Below are positions 46,860 to 57,832 of a DNA stretch of 64,000 nt, in pieces. Source of the DNA: Acidimicrobiia bacterium (lineage in GTDB: Bacteria; Actinomycetota; Acidimicrobiia; Spongiisociales; ZC4RG35); NCBI GenBank assembly GCA_965215185.1, contig OZ244034.1, forward strand, positions 2,176,001-2,240,000. Direction: 5' to 3'. The notes beneath the pieces are model-generated. The model worked only from the letters and a program-made list of their open reading frames with translations. It had not been told where the DNA came from and made no database searches. The first letter of the stretch is position 1; every line of letters begins with the position of its first letter. The position numbers were made by a program, and so were the translations under genes.

Positions 46860-48230
46860 CTAACCCCTCTGCAACCAGTAGGAAAACAGCTCCGAAGCCA
46901 CCGCAGCCGCGGCCGTTCCTCCGGTGACAGACTCCCCGAAATCCCCTCCGGGTTCAATCATCACCGCCAATGTGATCGCGGGACTCTCCACCGGCGCGAA
47001 CCCGACGAACCAGGCATGATTTCGTCCCTGCGCATCCCGTCCGGTGCCAGTCTTGCCAGCTATCCGGTGTCCGGCCACCGCGGCCTCCCGACCAGTGCCC
47101 TCGGTCACCACCCGCTCCATCATCCGGGCCAGCTCCGTAGCCGCCTGCGCAGATATCACCCCCACTCCTGAAGGTGTTTCTGTGTGCTCTATTAAATCAC
47201 CATCGGCGTTCATCCAACTATCGGTCAGATAGGGCGCAAAGTATTGTCCGCCATTGGCCACCACCGCCGCCACCGCCGCCATGTGCAGAGGAGAAGACGA
47301 CGCCAATCCGCCCGTTCCGGCAGACGCCACCAAACCGGGATCCGACGATCGGTCGGCGCCGAAACTCGGGGTAGCTGCGTAGAGAGGAAACTCCATCTCC
47401 GTGCCGAATCCGAAGGCTATGGCATAGTTCTCCAGGATCTCAGCACCCATCTGGAAGGCCAACTCGGCGAAGGCCAGGTTGCAGGACAGTACGAAAGAGG
47501 TGAGCAAGCTGACCTGTGCCGAATCTGCACAGGGGGCATTTGCGGGATTGACGATCGTCGTCGAAGCATCGGGAATCTGCCATACGGCGCGGTCTTCGAA
47601 CAGACTCTGAATATCGGCGGTGTCCGTCTCCACCGCCGCCGCGGCGGTAACGATCTTGAACGCCGACCCCAGCGGATATGTCACTGCGGCGGCCCTTTCC
47701 GTAACCGGAGATGCGCGTGAGGAAACCAACGCCAGCACTTCCCCCGTGTCAGGACGGACCGCAGCCACTGCGCCCCGACGGCCGCTCAGGATCTCGTAGG
47801 CTCTCTGCTGCAAATCAGGATCCAGGGTTACGGTGAGTCTCCGAGGGCGAAGATCTTCACCGAAGAAAGCCGCCATCAGGTCGGAGACACTGAGATCCCG
47901 CCGGGAACGCAGCTCGTCGACAAAGGCATTCTCCAAGCCGCCTGAGGACGTCTCGGTACCCACCACCGATGCGAAGGCTTCTCCTGCCGGGTATTTTCTG
48001 ACATAGGAACGGGGGATGTCGGGATCCTGCTCGGAAAAGGCCAAGACAGTGCCCGAAACGGTGGTGATCAACCCTCGTTCCTTACCGGCCTGAAAAAGGG
48101 CGATCCGGCGGTTATCGGGATGAGCCCGGTAGCGGTCGGCAACCACCCCTTGGTGCCAGGTGGCGCCCACTACCAAAACAGCCATTCCCACCAGCAACAG
48201 CAAGGCAACCCTGCGGATGGGACCGTTCAC
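46860..48230 (-). CDS. pbpA: Class B penicillin-binding protein
   Basis: SxxK (GSAFK), SxN (SCN) and KTG motifs, HAWF..FAP. Conserved position between rodA and pknB. Confidence 0.9.
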   Translation of the reverse strand: MNGPIRRVALLLLVGMAVLVVGATWHQGVVADRYRAHPDNRRIALFQAGKERGLITTVSGTVLAFSEQDPDIPRSYVRKYPAGEAFASVVGTETSSGGLENAFVDELRSRRDLSVSDLMAAFFGEDLRPRRLTVTLDPDLQQRAYEILSGRRGAVAAVRPDTGEVLALVSSRASPVTERAAAVTYPLGSAFKIVTAAAAVETDTADIQSLFEDRAVWQIPDASTTIVNPANAPCADSAQVSLLTSFVLSCNLAFAELAFQMGAEILENYAIAFGFGTEMEFPLYAATPSFGADRSSDPGLVASAGTGGLASSSPLHMAAVAAVVANGGQYFAPYLTDSWMNADGDLIEHTETPSGVGVISAQAATELARMMERVVTEGTGREAAVAGHRIAGKTGTGRDAQGRNHAWFVGFAPVESPAITLAVMIEPGGDFGESVTGGTAAAAVASELFSYWLQRG

Positions 48231-49525
48231 AACAGACCCTTCTCTTGATGGCTGATTATCAGCAGTAACCCCATAGCCACCCAACCCGCCAGCAGTGGAA
48301 AACCACCATAGGCCAAGAACGGCAGACCCATTCGGGTGGGCGGTAGCAGACGTTCCAATCCACCGGCCCCGGCCAGAAACATCAGCCCCAGGGCAGCAGA
48401 CAGTGCGGCGGAGGTCACCTTGCAGAAAAGATCGCGGGAACCCAGCGCCACTCCCATCCCCGTCGCCACCACCAGCGCGTGGAGCGATATCATCGCCACC
48501 GTTCCCGCCAGACCCAGTTCTTCACCCAAGGCAGCCAAGATCCAATCGCTGGTGGCATGGGGCACAAACCCAGGGTCGCCCATTCCCAATCCTGATCCCG
48601 ACAAATTACCGGTGCCCAGCGCCAGAAGACTCTCTCTCAGCCCGGCACCACTCTCACCCGCGGTGAACGGATCCAACCAAACCTCGACCGTCTCCCGCAC
48701 CCGGGGAGAGGCCAGCCCCAACACCGCCCCGCCCACCCCCAGGGCCAATCCCGCCCAGACCACGTGCGATTCCCCAGTCGTCACATAGACAACAATCGCC
48801 GACAGGACGAAGACAACCAGCCAAGCCGTGATATCACCAGTGGCCCAGAGCAACGGAAGGGTAACCACCCACACGGCGGCCATGATCACCATGTGTCGCC
48901 AAGAGACCCACCAAGACTCCGCTCGTATATCCCACCAGTCGATGGTTCGGAAAGCAACCGTTGAGGACAGTGCCCATCGGGAAAGGATCCCCGCCAAACC
49001 TACGGCAAAGAGCACCAGTCCCAACCCGAAGGGCTGGATTAGAAACCTGACCTCCCCCTGGCCCACCCCCAACCACAGACCTGTCCCCCGGTCAGGCAGA
49101 CCCTGCAGCAGGCGAGGCAGAAAAGGCAGGACGATCAGACACAGCCCACTGATGGCCAGCGTGTATCCAATGGACATCAGCCTTCCTACTCCCCAGCGAA
49201 ACGCCACCAGCACACCCATGGCGATCACCATCCCCGCCACAACCCACCACAGGTGGAAAGAAGCCTGACCGGAGTCGATGCGATAGATTTCCACCAGGCC
49301 CAAGGCCACCAACAAGGCGGCTGGCGGAAGCAGGAAAGGTGAAGCGCCGGTAGCCCAACGGCGCATGACCGCCCACATACCAGCCAGACAGGACCCAAAT
49401 ACCACCAGGAAAAACAACGGCGTCCAACTGAATTGTCCGGTCTTGCCGAAGTCGACCAACGCCGCGCCCAAGCCGGCAGCCGCCGCCGAACCGGCCAACA
49501 AGGCCGCCTCGGTAATCCGCTTCAT
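48227..49525 (-). CDS. rodA: SEDS family protein RodA/FtsW (divergent)
   Basis: Multi-TM protein with IQP, WLDP, G.G.G.G, EELG..G, P.T...LPF.AYGG. Confidence 0.88.
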   Translation of the reverse strand: MKRITEAALLAGSAAAAGLGAALVDFGKTGQFSWTPLFFLVVFGSCLAGMWAVMRRWATGASPFLLPPAALLVALGLVEIYRIDSGQASFHLWWVVAGMVIAMGVLVAFRWGVGRLMSIGYTLAISGLCLIVLPFLPRLLQGLPDRGTGLWLGVGQGEVRFLIQPFGLGLVLFAVGLAGILSRWALSSTVAFRTIDWWDIRAESWWVSWRHMVIMAAVWVVTLPLLWATGDITAWLVVFVLSAIVVYVTTGESHVVWAGLALGVGGAVLGLASPRVRETVEVWLDPFTAGESGAGLRESLLALGTGNLSGSGLGMGDPGFVPHATSDWILAALGEELGLAGTVAMISLHALVVATGMGVALGSRDLFCKVTSAALSAALGLMFLAGAGGLERLLPPTRMGLPFLAYGGFPLLAGWVAMGLLLIISHQEKGLL

Positions 49526-50223
49526 GAGGAGATATCAGCGACTACTGCTGTGATGTTGTCCGAAGCCCCCCTACCCAGCGCAGTCTCCACCAGGCTCCAG
49601 ACACATTCTTCGGCGTCCCCCCTCTTCAGAATCCTCCTCATGTCCTGATCCGAGAGCATCCTGTAAAGACCGTCGGAACACACCAGCCATCGGTCCCCTT
49701 CGCCAAGGGGGACTTCTGCTTCCTCCACCTTCAACGACCCATCAAACCCGAGCACCCTCACCAAGCTCCCCGCCTTGGGCATGCTGTACGCCATCTGCGG
49801 TTCCACCCCCTGCCGGATCCTCTGCCAGGCCACCGTGTGGTCGTTGGTCAGCACCGTGACACGGTTTCGCCGGTACAAATAGGCCCTGGTGTCCCCCACA
49901 TGGGCCACCCGGGCCATCCCACCCTCGAATTCCACCAAAGTGAGCGTGGTGTAAGTACCTTCCCAACGAGGTTCCCTACTCACCAGGTCCAAAATGGCCT
50001 GATTGGCGGCTCTTACCCGATCAGCAGGCGACCCCGTGGCATTCTGAGCAGTGTCCACCGCCAAATCCGCGGACACGTGCCCAAACTTTTCTCCTCCCAA
50101 CCCGTCAGCCACCATGATCACCACCGGCCCCACAGCACTGCCCGCGCCGGTGGGATACATGCGGTCCTGGTTGATTTCGGGGCCGAACCCCAAGTGGGTG
50201 GCGGCGGCCCAGGTGCAGATCAT
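49522..50223 (-). CDS. pstP: PP2C-family protein phosphatase
   Basis: Motifs NQD, VADGLGG, AHVGD.RAY, T.DHT, CSDGL and DNIT. Confidence 0.92.
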   Translation of the reverse strand: MICTWAAATHLGFGPEINQDRMYPTGAGSAVGPVVIMVADGLGGEKFGHVSADLAVDTAQNATGSPADRVRAANQAILDLVSREPRWEGTYTTLTLVEFEGGMARVAHVGDTRAYLYRRNRVTVLTNDHTVAWQRIRQGVEPQMAYSMPKAGSLVRVLGFDGSLKVEEAEVPLGEGDRWLVCSDGLYRMLSDQDMRRILKRGDAEECVWSLVETALGRGASDNITAVVADISS

Positions 50224-50633
50224 CGAACCTCCAAGACTGTTCGTCCCACCTGCAAAGCGTCTCCCCGGGCCAACTCGACCGGGTGGCGCATCTTGCGTCC
50301 GTTTAGATACGTGCCATTGGCGCTCCCCAAGTCACTGGCGGACAGCTTTCCCCTTCGGCGGCTGATACGAAGATGAAACTCCGATGCGTATGGGTCGTCT
50401 ATGGGTACGTCAGCATCGGGGCTCTTCCCCAGCACCACGGAGTCGGCCACCGTGAAATGGATGCCGGCCTGGGACTCCGAGCGGACGAACACCAGCCTTG
50501 ATCCCCGCCGAGAAACACCGGCGGGCAAACGAAGTCCCAGATAAACAGCGAGGGCCCGAGCTACATACCACACGAACAGGTAGATGAGCGCCAAAAAGAT
50601 AAACCGAAGAGCGGTGAGCACAAAATTTGTCAC
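50220..50633 (-). CDS. fhaB: FHA domain protein with N-terminal TM helix (FhaB/FipA-like)
   Basis: Motifs D.YAS..H and DLGS.NGTYLNG. Confidence 0.9.
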   Translation of the reverse strand: MTNFVLTALRFIFLALIYLFVWYVARALAVYLGLRLPAGVSRRGSRLVFVRSESQAGIHFTVADSVVLGKSPDADVPIDDPYASEFHLRISRRRGKLSASDLGSANGTYLNGRKMRHPVELARGDALQVGRTVLEVR

Positions 50634-50769
50634 CGATGGCGTCTCCCTGACAGGTCACCACGACGCATGCAGTTTAGTGTATGTCCCTCAGGCCGCCCAG
50701 TGTCCACACTATTGCCGTCTGTCTTTCCTTTTCCCGTCGAACATCGGAGTAGAATGAAAAGTCCCCCGG

Positions 50770-50858
50770 GGGCGAGTGGCGAAATTGGCAGACGCGCAGG
50801 ATTCAGGATCCTGTGGGCTTTAACACCCGTGGGGGTTCAAGTCCCCCCTCGCCCACCA
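50770..50858 (+). tRNA. tRNA-Leu(CAG)
   Basis: Acceptor GGGCGAG/CTCGCCC, anticodon arm CAGGA-TTCAGGA-TCCTG, long variable arm, GGTTCAAGTCC, encoded CCA. Confidence 0.97.
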
Positions 50859-51326
50859 TGGCCTGTTAGTGACTTAGGGCCCTGTGTGTTAGCGATTTAG
50901 CGGCGGCCGCGCCGATTTGCCCCGATTTTCCCTGTTTTTGGGGGTTTATGACCGTTTCGAAGGGCGTTTAGGCTGGTCGGGGGCCGTGTTGTGGTTGCCC
51001 AGTGTCAGAGTTTGGTTTTTCGGGCGCGGTGAAACCGACAGTAGGGGTTTACTGTCGGCGCAGGTGAGCGGGCGTGCTGTTTAGGGTGGCGCCCGGGGTG
51101 AATCGTTTGACGTGGAGTGTGGTTCGCTCGGAGGCGTGTCCGATGGTTCGGTCTCGAGAATGGGTTTGGGGCGTTGCGGTTGGGTTCTGCGGAAGCGGCT
51201 GGCTTCTGCGAGGTTGTGCGCTATGACTTTGGCGAGGGCACCTAGGGCGAAGGCCACCCGGTTGAAGACGCGGCACCACTCGACTGCGAAGTTGCCTTTC
51301 TTGCCGAGCATCGAGTTCTTGTTCTC
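50859..51326 (+). repeat. 468-bp direct repeat with 52348-52815 (element end plus transposase 3' end)
   Basis: Collinear and highly similar. Both copies encode ...MLGKKGNFAVEWCRVFN...NDSPRAPP on the minus strand. Confidence 0.92.
51081..51326 (-). pseudogene. Transposase C-terminal remnant; a further degenerate 3' copy lies at about 51331-51417
   Basis: Near-identical to the C-terminus of the 52570-53919 ORF. Confidence 0.85.
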
Positions 51327-51441
51327 CCCAAGGGCGCCTCGGCCGGAGTGGAGGGTGCCTCGCTGGGAGGTGTGTCCGATGGTTCCGTCTCCGGGAATGG
51401 GGTTAGGGCGTCGCGGGCACCTTGGTCAGGGAGGTAAAGAC

Positions 51442-51738
51442 TCAGACATAGTCAGCGTGAAACACCAAGCACTCGTAGTCAGTCACATTGTTTTCATCAG
51501 CACGCAACACTATTCTCACTCGAACCCCCTCGTGAGTCGTCCCTATGCCGAAGGTGCTCCGGCTCCCAAAGAAATCGTCGTTTCTTTCGTGCTTATTGCC
51601 ATATCCGACCCTATCCAGACGGTGTTTGGGAATCCGCAGAACTTCTAAAATGTCCTCTCGAAGCACGCCCCAATCGTACGCCGAGGGCCTGATATTGATT
51701 TCTTGTTTCGATAGACGGTTCGGCCAATAGAGTGGCAC
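51442..51738 (-). CDS. Small hypothetical protein, possible RelE/BrnT-like toxin
   Basis: 98 aa. Pattern SA...GV.REDI.EVL..P, G.T..G..V.IV and terminal VFHA recall small RNase toxins. Starts directly after the upstream stop. Confidence 0.5.
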   Translation of the reverse strand: MPLYWPNRLSKQEINIRPSAYDWGVLREDILEVLRIPKHRLDRVGYGNKHERNDDFFGSRSTFGIGTTHEGVRVRIVLRADENNVTDYECLVFHADYV

Positions 51739-52080
51739 TCAGGCAACGCCAGCCTGAGCAGTCGGATCCAAGAGGGGAACGGCGCCATTTATAGGACCCT
51801 TGTAGTACTGGAGCAGGTGCTCCGCTATCCGCCTATGGGTCTCGGTGAGTTCGCCCCTCGCGCTCTCGGGGTATCCGCACTGGGTGATGATGTCGTCAAT
51901 AGCGACCGTGAGTAGATCGAACTCAACCACCCTATCTTCATACTGATGCGGAACCGAGTAGGTGGTGTCATAGGGACCCAGGGGTCCCTCTCGGCTTATC
52001 AGGGCGGCTTCAGCATCCAAACTGCGCAAAGCTTCGTCCCTCAGCCTGCTGCGCTCGGTTAGGTTGCTCTGATCTCTCAT
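51739..52080 (-). CDS. Small hypothetical protein, possible antitoxin partner
   Basis: 113-aa acidic ORF abutting the next ORF with no gap. Confidence 0.5.
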   Translation of the reverse strand: MRDQSNLTERSRLRDEALRSLDAEAALISREGPLGPYDTTYSVPHQYEDRVVEFDLLTVAIDDIITQCGYPESARGELTETHRRIAEHLLQYYKGPINGAVPLLDPTAQAGVA

Positions 52081-52280
52081 CTACCTACGGGATCCATATA
52101 TGCCCTTGCAGTATAAGGACGATTCGGCGTTGCCGAGGTGACAGTTGAGCAGGTTGCCGCGGAATGCGCGAGGCTTTTCGGACGATCTCGGCCTAAAGGT
52201 TGATGGCAAACGACTCGGCCCCCTACCCATGAACCCGCACCTCTGGTGGACTCTCAAGAATGTGGAGCACCACCCCTTTG

Positions 52281-52344
52281 AAATGTGGAGCCCCTTTAGA
52301 ACGCCTTACTGAGGTGCAGGTCAGAGGTGGTGCCTAACACCCCA
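52281..52344 (+). repeat. 64-bp element-end motif, also at 54961-55024 and 58269-58332
   Basis: AAATGTGGAGCCC...GCAGGTCA...TGGT..CTAA....CCA with the same 64-bp length in all three copies. Confidence 0.9.
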
Positions 52345-52569
52345 CCATGGGCTGTTAGTGACTTAGTGCCTTCCGCGTTAGGGACTTAGCGGCGGCCGCG
52401 CCGTTTTTCCCCGTTTTTCCCTGTTTTTGGGGGTTTATGACCGTTTCGGAGGGCATTGAGGCTGGTCGGGAGCCGTGTTGTGGTTGCCCGGTGTCAGAGC
52501 TTGGTTTTTCGGGCGCGGTAAAACCGACAGTAGGGGTTTACTGTCGGCGCAGGTGAGCGGGTGTGCTGT

Positions 52570-53919
52570 TTAGGGTGGCGCCCGGGGTGAATCGTTCGAC
52601 GTGGAGTGTGGTTCGCTCGGGGGCGTGTCCGTCGGTTCGGTTTCGGGAATGGGTTTGGGGCGTTGCTTTTGGGTTTTACTGAAGCGGCTAGCTTCTGCGA
52701 GGTTGTGCGCTATGACTTTGGCGAGGGCACCTAGGGCGAAGGCCATTTGGTTGAAGACGCGGCACCACTCGACTGCGAAGTTGCCTTTCTTGCCGAGCAT
52801 CGAGTTCTTGTTCTCGCTGTTGTTGCGGCGGCCCTTGTAGCTCGCGTTCCACGCGGGGGTGCCCGCGGGGATGCGTTGGTAGCTGTCGAGTTTTTCGACT
52901 GGGACGGTTACTAGACCTTCACAGCAGTATTCGTCGTCGATGGCGAGGTACGGAACCGGGTTCTTGCTGGGGATTAGGTTGGTGTTGCGGGTCTTGGCGG
53001 AGGTTTTGACTCGTCCTGCACATTGGGGGCAGATGAGTTGCACAGCGCCGTCCTTGAGGTACCGGTGGACTGTCCACCGCCAGGGAGACCGGTCGACGCA
53101 CCACTCTTCGAATGCCTCGCCGGTAAGGTCCGGCGACGGCACCAGGAGTTCCTCGGGTAGCCATGTTGAGAAGAACGACCCCAGATGGCGCATGAGTTGC
53201 TGTCTGTCGTTCCTTCCGACGTTTACAGGGACAGGCCTTTCGATTTCGCCGGGGTTGTAGTCCATAACCACGTCCATGCCCTGCTTGTGGAGTTCTCGAC
53301 AGAAGGTCTTTCGTTTGTTGGTGTAGGCGCGGTCGGCGATTACCTCCTTGATCCCAGGAGCGATGTCCAATGCCCTGTCAACGAGATCCAGTCCAACAAG
53401 TCCGGGATTGGTGGCCCCTGGGACCACGGCCATGGCGAGGATGAACCTGGGTGGTGCCTTTTGGAAGGCGAGCTTACGGGGGTCGCCTGCCCACTTCGCA
53501 CTAGGAACCGCTGTAAGGAGATTCAGGTCGTATCCGAGCACAATGCGGGCTTTTTCTCTGTTTGTGGCGGTCTTGTATGTGAGACGGGCATAAGGATCAT
53601 GGCTACGGATCATCCTCTTGTCGGGACCGAAAGTGCCGATCTCATAGGTGAAGGGACCAGTCACGGTCGGGAGTTCCGGTTCGGCAAGATCGGCCTTGTC
53701 GCGTGCTGCACGCTCGTGCTCGGCCAGAGCGTCCTTTTCCTTCACAAAGATCTTGGACACCCCCCAAGATTCGAGGACCTTGGCATCTATAGAACAGGCG
53801 GTGATCATTCTCCGGAATCTCCTGGGAACGGTTGCCTTCACAAAGGTGTGGCAGATCCAGTCCAGATCGAAGATGGCTTCTATCTCTTCGGCCGGCGGCC
53901 CTTGTAGCTTTTTCTCCAC
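52570..53919 (-). pseudogene. DDE transposase (IS4/IS5/IS1182-like clan), N-terminally truncated
   Basis: Putative D (CSIDA), D (VIADRAY) and Y..RR..SE..NS (YREK-like) motifs, CPQC insertion, HNL near the end. The 5' end is replaced by a copy (53893-53984) of its own internal segment 52826-52917. Confidence 0.75.
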
Positions 53920-53988
53920 GCGGGCGTGCCCGCGGGGATGCGTTGCCAGCTGTCGAGTTTGTCGACCGGGACGGTTACCAGGCCGCGG

Positions 53989-54527
53989 TCAGTAGACGAC
54001 CATAGGCGGCCATCCCTTGACGACCTTTTCAAAAGCGAAACGGCCCACTAGGCGTTTTGGGAACACAACCAGAGTCCTGTCTCTTTCCTCGAAGTTCTCG
54101 ATGTCTTGAGCAGCGGACCGCGAAAGAATTGCTTCAAATCCATCACCGTATACCTCTTCTCCCAATCTTTGGCACCGTCTCTTGTCGCTTACTATCAAGT
54201 CCTGTCTGGATATGCCCAGACTCTCGGATGTTTTGAGGGAGGTCAGATCTAACACGCGGGATAGAAGAACCTGGCCTTCGTGAACATCCAAGGCAGGGAT
54301 GGGGATAGCGATGCCCTGGCTTCTGGCTTCGCGTCTCGCATTGTCTAGGTATCTGTGGTGCTCAGCGTATACACAGGCCAGAGAAGAGCAGAGGTATACA
54401 GCGTAGGTGCCAGGAAAGTTGAACCTCCCCCGTGCTCCCAAGCACCCGTACCGTCGTGGGGATCATATTCAACGCTACAAAACCGCCACACCGCACCTTC
54501 ATAAGGCACGGCACGTTCCAACCCCAA
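53989..54527 (-). pseudogene. RES-domain toxin with a single frameshift in a C5 run (54427-54431)
   Basis: AAGGAG plus TTG start, then VWR...DGTGAWEHG / GRFNFPGTYAVYL...AE...VLDLT...CQ.LG...GFEAI..RSA. One extra G restores GGRFN. Confidence 0.82.
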
Positions 54528-54535
54528 GTAACTCC

Positions 54536-54829
54536 TTAGGCCAAGGGGGGATTGCCGCTCAGGAGAAGATAGCTCCTGGCCGCCTCATAGTCACGGTTCT
54601 TGAGATGCGCTATCAGTGGAACGCCGTCTGATGAAGGAGGAGCCCCCTGCCAAGGGACATGTCGCTCGTGGGGGTGGTACATTCTGATAACCGTATTGAG
54701 AACCGACCTGAGTTCCTCAAAGTCGACTAGCGACATCTTGGGTGGGCGAGTCACACCACTGGGACCCTTTTCAAGCATATCGGACACTAAGCGATCAACG
54801 TCCACCTGTGCCTCTCTCGCTAGCGTCAT
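54536..54829 (-). CDS. Putative antitoxin (MbcA/ParS-like C-terminus) upstream of the RES gene
   Basis: 97 aa directly upstream of the RES gene; C-terminal W..P...DG.P....L....YE. Confidence 0.6.
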   Translation of the reverse strand: MTLAREAQVDVDRLVSDMLEKGPSGVTRPPKMSLVDFEELRSVLNTVIRMYHPHERHVPWQGAPPSSDGVPLIAHLKNRDYEAARSYLLLSGNPPLA

Positions 54830-55161
54830 GGCCTTGACGATAGCCCACCCGCCATGAATGACGGTAGGGAAAATGCGTTCAGCCTTGGCCCCTTTCCACC
54901 TTGAGGATCGCTCAAGCCAGGGGCGAGGTACCCCTAAGCCCTGCCTGGCGGAGCGTTCTCAAATGTGGAGCCCCCCGTGAACCTTGCGCTAAAGCGCAGG
55001 TCACGGATGGTCGCTAATGTACCACGACGAATACTCCATACGCGCGTTCCTGAGCACGCCTGAGAGAAAGCGCTTTCGAAACCATAAGGGGCTGGAAGGC
55101 ACGAGTTCAAAGCACTAGAACTAAGGGATAACGACTTGAACCGAAAGATTATGATATCTCG

Positions 55162-57745
55162 ATGAACGGGACTGAGATTGGTGGACGAACCTTGGAGCGT
55201 GAAACCTCGAATCTCGATGCACTTCGAAGCTCGCTGGAACTTCCTTGTGGTGCCCTCCTAAAAAATCGACTCGCCAAGTCCGCGATGTCGGATTCGCTTG
55301 GAAACGGTGAAGGTGATCCCACCGAGGCTCAGATTCGACTATACGAAAGATGGGCGGAAGGCGGAGCAGCAGTTTCGATCATTGGTGAAGTTCAAGGTGA
55401 TCCTCGCTATCCGGAGAAACCTGGAAATCTGGGCCCTTCGCGAATTCGTGGGATTGTGGTCTGGCTGGTTGGTGGTGGGGTTCATGTTAGGAGGAGTCCT
55501 CGGGCGGCGTAGTTTTGGGGGTTTGTGAAGCCGTGGGCGGTTCTGCGGAGGGTTTGGATTAGGTTGTTGGTGCCTTCGAGGGGTCCGTTGGAACGGCGGC
55601 TGTGGTGCCAGTTGAGGATTTCGTCTGACCAGTTGAGGATGGTGTCCACGGTGTTGTGGTACTCGGGAATCTGGCCGGTTTCGTAGAGGTCGGCGAAGCG
55701 TTGGAGAGCGTCGAGGGCGCCTTGGAGGTCGTCGGCCTGATAGAGGCTGTAGAGCTCTTGTAGAGCGTCCCAGGCGACCCGAAGACGCGGATGGGCGGCG
55801 AATAGCCGGTCGAGGCGTTTCCGGTCCGAGGCGGTAAGGTGGTCGTGTCTTTTCAGGAGAGCGAACCGGGCGCGGAACAGGTCCGGTTCGAAGGCGGGTT
55901 TCACACCGGGCGGTTGGCGGCGTTGCAGTTCTCTGCGTACCAGGGTCAGTCCTTGGGCGAACCATCGGACGGCGTGGAAGCGGTCCAGGACGTGACGGGC
56001 TCCGGGAAGATAGCGATGGACGGCTGCGCGAACCGTCGGTGACCACAGTCTTCACGTTCGACACCATCGGGGTCCTTGCTCAATGAAAAACCTGCTCAGA
56101 GCAGCTTTGGACCGTCCTTCGATCATGTCCAACATCTCTCCGGTGTCACCGCTTGGGGATCACGGTCACATACCGATGCCGTTTGCGGATCGATGTCTCA
56201 TCAATCAACAACACCCGACAGGACTGTTTGCGACGATGATCTCCGACCAGCCCGGACCAGTCACAGAGCAGTCCCATGACCAGATGCCACCCCACCCCAT
56301 GATGTCGGGACACCGCACTGATCGGCATCACCTGAGCGTCCCGGACCAGCCGCCGGGCCAGCCGCCGGGTAATACTGCCTTCGAACTGGGGATGGTTTTC
56401 CATGTGCCGTTTCCCACAAGCACCGCACACGAACCGCCGCTGGGTCCATAACAACACCGTCGAGCGGCCGCCGTGCTCCAGATCGCGGATCTCCCGCCGG
56501 CGACGGTCATGCACCTGCTGGCAAGAAAGCCCACAAAACGGACACGATGACAACTTCCTGACAGAAACCACCCCCACCACCAACTCTGCGGGGGTGTCCA
56601 CCACCACACCGGTCACACGAACACCACGCAGGTGCAACCGCACCCTCATAACATCGAAACTCATTGAGGCCTCCTGGATAGGCAATGCTTACACCACCAA
56701 TTCCAGCGAGGCCTCAACCCCTATCCAACGACCCCCTCCCTACCCGAATCCCAACATATCGCGAAGCCTCGAAATCCGAAATCTGGTGTTCGGACCGCAT
56801 ACCGATCACCAGGCTATAGAGTCATTGGTCAGCCGTGCCGTGATTGAGGACGCTCATCTATGGCCGCAACTCGGTCACGCCGGTGCTCTTTCGCACCTGC
56901 CGATTAGTCAGCCGAAGGGGCCCTCTGCGCTGAATATCGAAGGTCTTCAATGTGTAGGTATGTCAGTTGAAGACATCCAGAAACTACCTGACATGTATGC
57001 AAGAACCGCAGCATACGCACAGAACATAGGATTTAGCGGCGTTCAAGTTCACGCTGGACACGGATTCCTGCTCAGTCAATTTCTATCTCCATTGTTCAAC
57101 CGCCGGGACGATAGCTACGGTGGTTCGATCGAAGCACGATGCCGGATAGTGCTCAAAGTGATCGATGAAGTACGGCGCGCCGTTGGTCCGTTGTTTCCCG
57201 TCGGGATCAAGATCAACTCGACGGACAAACTGGAAGGTGGATTGACAGAGGATGATGCTTTGGAGGTGGTTCGCCTTCTCGACCAAACCTCGGTCGATCT
57301 AATTGACATTAGTGGCGGGACCTATTTCCCCGGGGCGAAGGCAAGCTCCGACGGGTCATCGGATGGCGAACCATACTTTCTCAAATTTGCCCGACGCGCG
57401 AAAGGGGTAACCGATGTGCCGCTAATGCTGACAGGAGGCTTTAAAAGGCGTGAGCAGGCGGTGGATGCAGTGGTTAGTGGTGCTGTCGACATGGTGAGTT
57501 TAGCGCGTGCAATGGTTCTGAAGCCGCGGCTAGCAGAGGTCTGGTTGACCGAGGAAGGTGGCGATCCTGAGTTTCCGACATTCGACTCCCCACCTTGGGG
57601 TGGGGTAACGGCCTGGTATACGATGCGAATAACGGCACTGGCAAAGGATAGGGAGAAAACATTCACGCTGGACCCTCAGTCCGCCTTGCGTATTTATGAA
57701 GAACGTGATGCGCAACGTTGCATTAAGTGGCGAGAGAAGTTTTAG
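55162..57745 (+). pseudogene. NADH:flavin oxidoreductase (Old Yellow Enzyme family) split by an ISL3 insertion
   Basis: 5' part LKNRLAKSAMSD...PEKPGNL. 3' part NLVFG...QL.HAG, GFSGVQVHAGHGFLLSQFLSP..N.R.D.YGGS.E.R, ISGGTY and LTGGF. Confidence 0.9.
55432..56777 (-). mobile_element. ISL3-family insertion sequence with frameshifted transposase (55482-56685)
   Basis: 8-bp duplication GAAATCTG at 55424-55431 and 56778-56785. Imperfect TIRs share CTTCGCGA...TGGGATT. Motifs CPFCG, RRF.C..C, IDE, DRFH and SNGPLEGTNN.I..LRR.AHGF.N..NY. Confidence 0.9.
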
Positions 57746-57832
57746 CGTCTACCAGAATCGGTCTGAAGATCATAACTCGGAGGGCAGATAGGCTCTATGT
57801 AAGCCCGCTGTCAAATATGGGCTTCACCCCTT

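Larger units (their letters stand above)
50859..52344. mobile_element. Internally deleted TIR element 1, inserted at the tRNA-Leu CCA
   Basis: Begins TGGCCTGTTAGTGAC and ends GTGCCTAACACCCCA, an imperfect inverted repeat. Flanked by CCA on both sides. Contains transposase 3' remnants and two cargo ORFs. Confidence 0.75.

Noticed and set aside
56402-57745. 447-aa ORF as an intact gene
   Set aside because: Its N-terminal part is antisense ISL3 sequence read through into the 3' half of the interrupted OYE gene.
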